Assembly: GCF_009914755.1 (NCBI RefSeq)
Contig: NC_060939.1
Source of the DNA: the human T2T-CHM13v2.0 reference genome, Homo sapiens
Length of the DNA: 64,000 bases
Reading direction: 5' to 3' (one strand)
Both the position numbers and the translations under genes were made by a program. The first letter of the stretch is position 1. The number at the start of each line of letters is the position of its first letter. Below, in pieces: positions 53,693 to 64,000 of the stretch. The notes under the pieces are model-generated. The model saw only the letters and a list, made by a program, of their open reading frames with translations, did no database searches and was not told where the DNA came from.

Positions 53693-56600
53693 GAGAATGC
53701 TTCTGTGTAGATCTTATATGAAAATATTCCCGTTTCCAACGAAATCCTCAAAGCTATCCAAATATCCACTTGCAAATGCCACAAAAAGTGTGTTTCCAAA
53801 CTGCTCTGTGAAAAGGAAGGTTCAACTCTGTTAGTTGAGTACACACATCACAAAGAGGTTTCTGAGAATGCTGCTGACTAGTTTTTATTTGAAGAGATTT
53901 CCCTTTTCACCTTAGGCCTAAGAGTGCTCGAAATGTCCATTTCCACATACTCCACAAGGTGTGTTTCAAACGTGCTGTATGAAAGGGAATGTTCAACTCT
54001 ATGAGTTGAATGCAAACATCACAAAGAAGATTCTGAGAATGCTTTTGTCTAGATTTTATATGAAGATATTCCCGTGTCCAACGAAATTTTCAAAGGTCTC
54101 CAAATATCCATTTGTAGATTCTACAAAAAGAGTGTTTCCAAACTGCTGTATCAAAACAAAGTTTGAACTCTGTGAGTTGAGGACACACATCACAAATAAG
54201 TTTCTGAGAATGCTTCTGTCTAGTTTTTATTTGAAGATATTTCCTTTTTCACCATAGGCCTGAAAGCGCTCGAAATGTCCACTTCCAGAGAGTACAGAAA
54301 GAGTGTTTCAAACCTACTCTATGAACGGGAATGTTCAGCTCTGTGAGTTGAATGCAAACATCACAAAGCAGGTTCTGAGAATGCTTCCGTCTAGATTTTA
54401 TATGAGGATATTCCCGTTTCCAACGAAATCCTCGAAGCTATCCAAATATCCATTTGCAGATTCCACAAAAAGAGTGTTTCAAAACTGCTCTGTCAAAAGA
54501 TAGGTTCAACTCTGTTAGTTGAGTACACACATGGCAAACAAGATTCCGAGAATGCTTTCGTCTATTTTTTTTGGGAAGATATTTCCTTCTTCACCATAGG
54601 CCTCAAAGCGCTCCAAATATCCATTTCCACATACTATAAAAAGAGTGTCTCAAACCTGCTGTATGAAAGGGAATGTTCAACTCTATGAGTTGAATGCAAA
54701 CATCACAAAGAAGTTTCTGAGAATGCTACTGTCTAGATTTTATATGAAGGTTTTCCCGCTTCCAACGAAATTTTCAATGCTCTCAAAATATCCTCTTGTA
54801 GATTCTACAAAAAGAGTGTTTCCAAACTGCTGTACCAAAACAAAGGTTCATCTCTGTTAGTTGAGGACACACATCATGAATAAGTTTCTGAGATTGCTTC
54901 TGTCTAGCTCTTATTTGAAGACATTTCCTTTCTCACCTTAGGCCTGAAAGCGCTCGAAATACCCACTTCCAGATACTACAGAAACAGTGATTCAAACCTG
55001 CTCTATGAAAGGGAATGTTCAACTATGTGACTTGAATGTAAACATCACAAAGCAGTTTCTGAGAATGCTGCTGTCTACTTTCTATTTGTAATCCCGTTTC
55101 CAACGAAATCCTCAGAACTATCGAAATTTCCAATTGCAGATTCCACAAAAACAGGGTTTCAAAGCTGCTCTGTAAAAAGAAAGGTTCAACTCTGTTAGTT
55201 GAATACACATGTCACAAACAAGTTTCTGAGAATGCTTCTGTCTAGTTTTTATGGGAAGATATTTCCTTTTTCACCGTAGGCCTCAAAGCGCTCCAAATGT
55301 CCACTTGCACATACTACAAAAAGAGTGTTTCAAACCTGCTGTACAAAAGGGAATGTTCAACTCTATGAGTTGAATGCAAACATTACAAAGAAGTTTCTGA
55401 GAATGCTTCTGTCTAGATTTTATATGAAGGTTTTCCCGCTTCAAACGAAATTTTCAATGCTCTCAAAATATCCACTTGTAGATTCTACAAAAAGAGTGTT
55501 TCCAAACTGCTGTGTCAAAACAAAGTTCAACTCTGTTAGTTGAGGACACACATCACAAATAAGTTTCTGAGAATGCTTCTGTCTAGTTCTTATTTGAAGA
55601 CATTTCCTTTCTCACCTTAGGCCTGAAAGCGCTCGAAATATCCACTTCCAGATACTACAGAAATAGTGATTCAAACCTGCCCTATGAAAGGGAATGTTCA
55701 TCTAGGTGACTTGAATGCAAACATCACAAAGCAGTTTCTGAGAATGCTGCTGTCTACTTTCTATTTGTAATCCCGTTTCCAACGAAATCCTCAGAACTAT
55801 CGAACTTTCCAATTGCAGATTCCACAAAAAGAGGGTTTCAAAGCTGCTCTGTAAAAAGAAAGGTTCAACTCTGTTAGTTGAATACACACGTCACAAACAA
55901 GTTTCTGAGAATGCTTCTGTCTAGTTGTTATGGGAAGATATTTCCTTTTTCACTGTAGGCCTCAAAGCGCTCCAAATGTCCACTTCCACATACTACAAAA
56001 AGAGTGTTTCAAACCTGCTCTATGATAGGGAATGTTGAAGCCTATGAGTTGAATGCAAACATTACAAAGAGGTTTCTGAGAATGCTTTTGTCTAGATTTA
56101 TATGTAGATATTCCCGTTTCCAACGATATCCTCAAAGCTATCCAAATATCAACTTGCAGATTCTACAAAAGGAATGTATCCAAACTGCTGCATCCAAAAA
56201 AAGGTTCAACTCTGTGAATTGAGGGCATACATCACAAAGAAGATTCTGAGAATGCTTCTGTCTAGATTTTATATGAAAATATTGCCGTTTCCAACGAAAT
56301 CCTCAAAGCTATCCAAATATCCACTTGCAAATGCCACAAAAAGAGTGTTTCCAAACTGCTCTGTGAAAAGGAAGGTTCAACTCTTAGTTGAGTACACACA
56401 TCACAAAGAGGTTTCTGAGAATGCTGCTGACTAGTTTTTATTTGAAGATATTTCCCTTTTCACCTTAGGCCTAAGAGTGCTCGAAATGTCCATTTCCACA
56501 TACTCCACAAAGTGTGTTTCAAACGTGCTGTATGAAAGGGAATGTTCAACTCTATGAGTTGAACGCAAACATCACAAAGAAGATTCTGAGAATGCTTTTG

Positions 56601-58802
56601 TCTAGATTTTATATGAAGATATTCCCGTGTCCAACGAAATTTTCAAAGGTCTCCAAATATCCATTTGTAGATTCTACAAAAAGAGTGATTCCAAACTGTT
56701 GTATCAAAACAAAGGTTGAACTCTGTGAGTTGAGGACACACATCACAAATAAGTTTCTGAGAATGCTTCTGTCTAGTTTTTATTTGAAGATATTTCCTTT
56801 TTCACCATAGGCCTGAAAGCGCTCGAAATGTCCACTTCCAGATAGTACAGAAAGAGTGTTTCAAACCTGCTCTATGAACGGGAATGTTCAGCTCTGTGAG
56901 TTGAATGCAAACATCACAAAGCAGGTTCTGAGAATGCTTCCGTCTAGATTTTATATGAGGATATTCCCGTTTCCAGCAAAATCCTCGAAGTTATCCAAAT
57001 ATCCATTTGCAGATTCCACAAAAAGAGTGTTTCAAAACTGCTCTGTCAAAAGATAGGTTCAACTCTGTTAGTTGAGTACACACATGGCAAACAAGATTCC
57101 GAGAATGCTTTCGCCTAGTTTTTTTGGGAAGATATTTCCTTCTTCACCATAGGCCTCAAAGCGCTCCAAATATCCATTTCCACATGCTATACAAAGAGTG
57201 TCTCAAACCTGCTGTATGAATGGGAATGTTCAACTCTATGAGTTGAATGCAAACATCACAAAGAAGTTTCTGAGAATGCTGCTGTCTAGATTTTATATGA
57301 AGGTTTTCCCGCTTCCAACGAAATTTTCAATGCTCTCAAAATATCCTCTTGTAGATTCTACAAAAAGAGTGTTTCCAAACTGCTGTATCAAAACAAAGGT
57401 TCATCTCTGTTAGTTGAGGACACACATCACAAATAAGTTTCTGAGAATGCTTCTGTCTAGTTCTTATTTGAAGACATTTCCTTTCTCACCTTAGGCCTGA
57501 AAGCGCTCGAAATACCCACTTCCAGATACTACAGAAACAGTGATTCAAACCTGCTCTATGAAAGGGAATGTTCAACTATGTGACTTGAATGCAAACATCA
57601 CAAAGCAGTTTCTGAGAATGCTGCTGTCTACTTTCTATTTGTAATCCCGTTTCCAACGAAATCCTCAGAACTATCGAAATTTCCAATTGCAGATTCCACA
57701 GTAACAGGGTTTCAAAGCTGCTCTGTAAAAAGAAAGGTTCAACTCTGTTAGTTGAATACACACGTCACAAACAAGTTTCTGAGAATGCTTCTGTCTAGTT
57801 TTTATGGGAAGATATTTCCTTTTTCACCGTAGGCCTCAAAGCGCTCCAAATGTCCACTTCCACATACTGCAAAAAGAGTGTTTCAAACCTGCTCTATGAT
57901 AGGGAATGTTGAAACCTATGAGTTGAATGCAAACATTACAAAGAAGTTTCTGAGAATGCTTCTGTCTAGATTTTATATGAAGGTTTTCCCGTTTCCAACG
58001 AAATTTTCAATGCTCTCAAAATATCCACTTGTAGATTCTACAAAAAGAGTGTTTCCAAACTGCTGTGTCAAAAGAAAGGTTCAACTCTGTTAGTTGAGGA
58101 CACACATCACAAATAAGTTTCTGAGAATGCTTCTGTCTAGTTCTTATTTGAAGACATTTCCTTTCTCACCTTAGGCCTGAAAACGCTCGAAATATCCACT
58201 TCCAGATACGACAGAAACAGTGATTCAAACCTGCTCTATGAAAGGGAATGTTCAACTAGGTGACTTGAATGCAAACATCACAAAGCAGTTTCTGAGAATG
58301 CTGCTGTCTACTTTCTATTTGTAATCCTATTTCCAACGAAATCCTCAGAACTATCAAAATTTCCAATTGCAGATTCCACAAAAAGCGTGTTTCAAAGCTG
58401 CTCTGTAAAAAGAAAGGTTCAACTCTGTTAGTTGAATACACACGTCACAAACAAGTTTCTGAGAATGCTTCTGTCTAGTTTTTATGGGAAGATATTTCCT
58501 TTTTCACCGTAGGCCTCAAAGCGCTCCAAATGTCCACTTCCACATACTACAAAAAGAGTGTTTCAAACCTGCTCTATGATAGGGAATGTTGAAACCTATG
58601 AGTTGAATGCAAACATTACAAAGAGGTTTCTGAGAATGCTTCTGTCTAGATTTTATATGTAGATATTCCCGTTTCCAACGAAATCCTCAAAGCTATCCAA
58701 ATATCAACTTGCACATTCTACAAAAGGAATGTTTCCAAAATGCTGTATCCAAACAAAGGTTCAACTCTGTGAATTGAGGGCATACATCACAAAGAAGATT
58801 CT

Positions 58803-61800
58803 GAGAATGCTTCTGTCTAGATTTTATATGAAAATATTCCCGTTTCCAACGAAATCCTCAAAGCTATCCAAATATCCACTTGCAAATGCCACAAAAAGAT
58901 TGTTTCCAAACTGCTCTGTGAAAAGGAAGGTTCAACTCTGTTAGTTGAGTACACACATCACAAAGAGGTTTCTGAGAATGCTGCTGACTAGTTTTTATTT
59001 GAAGATATTTCCCTTTTCACCTTAGGCCTAAGAGTGCTCGAAATGTCCATTTCCACATACTCCACAAAGTGTGTTTCAAACGTGCTGTATGAAAGGGAAT
59101 GTTCAACTGTATGAGTTGAATGCAAAAATCACAAAGAAGATTCTGAGAATGCTTTTGTCTAGATTTTATATGAAGATATTCCCGTGTCCAACGAAATTTT
59201 CAAAGGTCTCCAAATATCCATTTGTAGATTCTACAAAAAGAGTGATTCCAAACTGTTGTATCAAAACAAAGGTTGAACTCTGTGAGTTGAGGACACACAT
59301 CACAAATAAGTTTCTGAGAATGCTTCTGTCTAGTTTTTATTTGAAGATATTTCCTTTTTCACCATAGGCCTGAAAGCGCTCGAAATGTCCACTTCCAGAT
59401 AGTACAGAAAGAGTGTTTCAAACCTGCTCTATGAACGGGAATGTTCAGCTCTGTGAGTTGAATGCAAACATCACAAAGCAGGTTCTGAGAATGCTTCCGT
59501 CTAGATTTTATATGAGGATATTCCCGTTTCCAGCAAAATCCTCGAAGTTATCCAAATATCCATTTGCAGATTCCACAAAAAGAGTGTTTCAAAACTGCTC
59601 TGTCAAAAGATAGGTTCAACTCTGTTAGTTGAGTACACACATGGCAAACAAGATTCTGAGAATGCTTCCTTCTAGTTTTTTGGGAAGATATTTCCTTCTT
59701 CACCATAGGCCTCAAAGCGCTCCAATATCTATTTCCACATACTATACAAAGAGTGTCTCAAACCTGCTGTATGAAAGAGAATGTTCAAATCTATGAGTTG
59801 AATGCAAACATCACAAAGAAGTTTCTGAGAATGCTACTGTCTAGATTTTATATGAAGGTTTTCCTGCTTCCAACGAAATTTTCAATGCTCTCAAAATATC
59901 CTCTTGTAGATTCTACAAAAAGAGTGTTTCCAAACTGCTGTGTCAAAACAAAGGTTCATCTCTGTTAGTTGAGGACACACATCACAAATAAGTTTCTGAG
60001 AATGCTTCTGTCTAGTTCTTATTTGAAGACATTTCCTTTCTCACCTTAGGCCTGAAAGCGCTCGAAATACACACTTCCTGATACTACAGAAACAGTGATT
60101 CAAACCTGCTCTATGAAAGCGAATGTTCAACTAGGTGACTTGAATGCAAACATCACAAAGCAGTTTCTGAGAATGCTGCTGTCTACTTTCTATTTGTAAT
60201 CCCGTTTCCAACGAAATCCTCAGAACTATCGAAATTTCCAATTGCAGATTCCACAAAAAGAGTGTTTCAAAGCTGCTCTGTAAAAAGAAAGGTTCAACTC
60301 TGTTAGTTGAATACACACGTCACAAACAAGTTTCTGAGAATGCTTCTGTCTCGTTTTTATGGGAAGATATTTCCTTTTTCACCGTAGGCCTCAAAGCGCT
60401 CCAAATGTCCACCTCCACATACTACAAAAAGAGTGTTTCAAACCTGTTCTATGAAAGGGAATGTTCAACTCTATGAGTTGAATGCAAACATTACAAAGAA
60501 GTTTCTGAGAATGCTTCTGTCTAGATTTTATATGTAGATATTCCCGTTTCCAACGAAATAATCAAAGCTATCCAAATATCAACTTGCAGATTCTACAAAA
60601 GAAATGTTTCCAAAATGCTGTATCCAAACAAAGGTTCAACTCTGTGAATTGAGTGCATACATCACAAAGAAGATTCTGAGAATGCTTCTGTGTAGATCTT
60701 ATATGAAAATATTCCCGTTTCCAATGAAATCCTCAAAGCTATCCAAATATCCACTTGCAAATGCCACAAAAAGTGTGTTTCCAAACTGCTCTGTGAAAAG
60801 GAAGGTTCAACTCTGTTAGTTGAGTACACACATCACAAAGAGGTTTCTGAGAATGCTGCTGACTAGTTTTTATTTGAAGATATTTCCCTTTTCACCTTAG
60901 GCCTAAGAGTGCTCGAAATGTCCATTTCCACATACTCCACAAAGTGTGTTTCAAACGTGCTGTATGAAAGAAAATGTTCAACTCTATGAGTTGAATGCAA
61001 AAATCACAAAGAAGATTCTGAGAATGCTTTTGTCTAGATTTTATATGAAGATATTCCCGTGTCCAACGAAATTTTCAAAGGTCTCCAAATATCCATTTGT
61101 AGATTCTACAAAAAGAGTGATTCCAAACTGTTGTATCAAAACAAAGGTTGAACTCTGTGAGTTGAGGACACACATCACAAATAAGTTTCTGAGAATGCTT
61201 CTGTCTAGTTTTTATTTGAAGATATTTCCTTTTTCACCATAGGCCTGAAAGCGCTCGAAATGTCCACTTCCAGATAGTACAGAAAGAGTGTTTCAAACCT
61301 GCTCTATGAACGGGAATGTTCAGCTCTGTGAGTTGAATGCAAACATCACAAAGCAGGTTCTGAGAATGCTTCCGTCTAGATTTTATATGAGGATATTCCC
61401 GTTTCCAGCAAAATCCTCGAAGTTATCCAAATATCCATTTGCAGATTCCACAAAAAGAGTGTTTCAAAACTGCTCTGTCAAAAGATAGGTTCAACTCTGT
61501 TAGTTGAGTACACACATGGCAAAGAAGATTATGAGAATGCTTCCTTCTAGTTTTTTTGGGAAGATATTTCCTTCTTCACCATAGGCCTCAAAGCGCTCCA
61601 ATATCTATTTCCACATACTATACAAAGAGTGTCTCAAACCTGCTGTATGAAAGAGAATGTTCAAATCTATGAGTTGAATGCAAACATCACAAAGAAGTTT
61701 CTGAGAATGCTACTGTCTAGATTTTATATGAAGGTTTTCCTGCTTCCAACGAAATTTTCAATGCTCTCAAAATATCCTCTTGTAGATTCTACAAAAAGAG

Positions 61801-62553
61801 TGTTTCCAAACTGCTGTGTCAAAACAAAGGTTCATCTCTGTTAGTTGAGGACACACATCACAAATAAGTTTCTGAGAATGCTTCTGTCTAGTTCTTATTT
61901 GAAGACATTTCCTTTCTCACCTTAGGCCTGAAAGCGCTCGAAATACACACTTCCTGATACTACAGAAACAGTGATTCAAACCTGCTCTATGAAAGCGAAT
62001 GTTCAACTAGGTGACTTGAATGCAAACATCACAAAGCAGTTTCTGAGAATGCTGCTGTCTACTTTCTATTTGTAATCCCGTTTCCAACGAAATCCTCAGA
62101 ACTATCGAAATTTCCAATTGCAGATTCCACAAAAAGAGTGTTTCAAAGCTGCTCTGTAAAAAGAAAGGTTCAACTCTGTTAGTTGAATACACACGTCACA
62201 AACAAGTTTCTGAGAATGCTTCTGTCTAGTTTTTATGGGAAGATATTTCCTTTTTCACCGTAGGCCTCAAAGCGCTCCAAATGTCCACCTCCACATACTA
62301 CAAAAAGAGTGTTTCAAACCTGCTCTATGAAAGGGAATGTTCAACTCTATGAGTTGAATGCAAACATTACAAAGAAGTTTCTGAGAATGCTTCTGTCTAG
62401 ATTTTATATGTAGATATTCCCGTTTCCAACGAAATCCTCAAAGCTATCCAAATATCAACTTGCAGATTCTACAAAAGAAATGTTTCCAAAATGCTGTATC
62501 CAAACAAAGGTTCAACTCTGTGAATTGAGTGCATACATCACAAAGAAGATTCT
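58803..62553 (-). repeat. Two consecutive 11-mer HORs (duplicate of 49942-53692)
   Basis: Anchors 59071, 60946, 62822; offset 8861 bp with the same private variants. Confidence 0.93.
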
Positions 62554-64000
62554 GAGAATGCTTCTGTGTAGATCTTATATGAAAATATTCCCGTTTCCAA
62601 CGAAATCCTCAAAGCTATCCAAATATCCACTTGCAAATGCCACAAAAAGTGTGTTTCCAAACTGCTCTGTGAAAAGGAAGGTTCAACTCTGTTAGTTGAG
62701 TACACACATCACAAAGAGGTTTCTGAGAATGCTGCTGACTAGTTTTTATTTGAAGAGATTTCCCTTTTCACCTTAGGCCTAAGAGTGCTCGAAATGTCCA
62801 TTTCCACATACTCCACAAGGTGTGTTTCAAACGTGCTGTATGAAAGGGAATGTTCAACTCTATGAGTTGAATGCAAACATCACAAAGAAGATTCTGAGAA
62901 TGCTTTTGTCTAGATTTTATATGAAGATATTCCCGTGTCCAACGAAATTTTCAAAGGTCTCCAAATATCCATTTGTAGATTCTACAAAAAGAGTGTTTCC
63001 AAACTGCTGTATCAAAACAAAGTTTGAACTCTGTGAGTTGAGGACACACATCACAAATAAGTTTCTGAGAATGCTTCTGTCTAGTTTTTATTTGAAGATA
63101 TTTCCTTTTTCACCATAGGCCTGAAAGCGCTCGAAATGTCCACTTCCAGAGAGTACAGAAAGAGTGTTTCAAACCTACTCTATGAACGGGAATGTTCAGC
63201 TCTGTGAGTTGAATGCAAACATCACAAAGCAGGTTCTGAGAATGCTTCCGTCTAGATTTTATATGAGGATATTCCCGTTTCCAACGAAATCCTCGAAGCT
63301 ATCCAAATATCCATTTGCAGATTCCACAAAAAGAGTGTTTCAAAACTGCTCTGTCAAAAGATAGGTTCAACTCTGTTAGTTGAGTACACACATGGCAAAC
63401 AAGATTCCGAGAATGCTTTCGTCTATTTTTTTTGGGAAGATATTTCCTTCTTCACCATAGGCCTCAAAGCGCTCCAAATATCCATTTCCACATACTATAA
63501 AAAGAGTGTCTCAAACCTGCTGTATGAAAGGGAATGTTCAACTCTATGAGTTGAATGCAAACATCACAAAGAAGTTTCTGAGAATGCTACTGTCTAGATT
63601 TTATATGAAGGTTTTCCCGCTTCCAACGAAATTTTCAATGCTCTCAAAATATCCTCTTGTAGATTCTACAAAAAGAGTGTTTCCAAACTGCTGTACCAAA
63701 ACAAAGGTTCATCTCTGTTAGTTGAGGACACACATCATGAATAAGTTTCTGAGATTGCTTCTGTCTAGCTCTTATTTGAAGACATTTCCTTTCTCACCTT
63801 AGGCCTGAAAGCGCTCGAAATACCCACTTCCAGATACTACAGAAACAGTGATTCAAACCTGCTCTATGAAAGGGAATGTTCAACTATGTGACTTGAATGT
63901 AAACATCACAAAGCAGTTTCTGAGAATGCTGCTGTCTACTTTCTATTTGTAATCCCGTTTCCAACGAAATCCTCAGAACTATCGAAATTTCCAATTGCAG

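Larger units (their letters stand above)
1..64000 (-). repeat. Centromeric alpha-satellite HOR array, SF2-like (probably human D15Z3 / S2C15H1L)
   Basis: Uninterrupted ~171-bp tandem monomers with alphoid motifs (gagaatgcttctgtctag, gttcaactctgtgagttgaatgcaaacatcacaaag). CENP-B box (tcccgtttccaacgaaa on +) alternates with the pJ-alpha/A box. The recurring 98-aa ORF gives HOR periods of 2557, 3237 and 1875-6 bp. Confidence refers to the alpha-satellite call; the chromosome assignment is about 0.6. Confidence 0.99.
47524..64000. repeat. Tandem duplication of a 52-monomer (15+11+11+15) block, period 8861 bp; second copy truncated by the window end
   Basis: ORF pairs 47653/56514, 50210/59071, 52085/60946, 53961/62822, 54645/63506 are all offset by 8861 with identical variant translations. 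Confidence 0.9.

Noticed and set aside
43563-63364. New 66-aa ORF appearing only in the right-hand domain
   Set aside because: Caused by a single TAA>TAT variant of that haplotype; it is a lineage marker, not a gene.
269-63721. About 140 recurring 61-113 aa ORFs (MFQTCC..., MYSTNRVE..., MFPKCC...)
   Set aside because: They recur because monomers are 171 bp (a multiple of 3) and repeat. Most start at GTG rather than ATG, none resembles a known domain, and stops and frameshifts come and go freely.
1-64000. CRISPR-like regular spacing of conserved motifs
   Set aside because: The intervening sequence is itself homologous repeat; there are no unique spacers and no cas genes.
1-64000. Transposon insertion, inversion or non-satellite island
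   Set aside because: Every anchor interval is explained by 11, 15 or 19 monomers within 4 bp, and all boxes keep the same orientation, leaving no room for an insert.

Overview
The whole 64-kb window is primate (most likely human) centromeric alpha-satellite: about 375 head-to-tail ~171-bp monomers in one orientation, with CENP-B boxes reading on the - strand. I saw no genes, RNA genes, transposon insertions or inversions, and every ORF in the track is a by-product of the repeat. The monomers form a higher-order repeat (HOR) of a fixed 7-monomer core plus 1, 2 or 3 copies of a 680-bp 4-mer, giving 11-mers (1875-1876 bp, 5 copies), 15-mers (2555-2558 bp, 17 copies) and 19-mers (3237 bp, 3 copies), plus one truncated unit. 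The alternating B-box/A-box monomers suggest suprachromosomal family 2, and the 11/15-mer architecture best fits D15Z3 on chromosome 15 (inferred, not verified). The interesting signal lies above the HOR level: near-identical multi-HOR duplications (offsets 13,466, 5,794, 8,861, 6,989 and 2,557 bp), mosaic HOR copies with mappable crossover intervals, one marker shared by all three 19-mers, and a haplotype switch near 43 kb to an 11-mer-rich domain with many more broken CENP-B boxes. All counts were made by eye. I found no evidence of a new protein-coding system.
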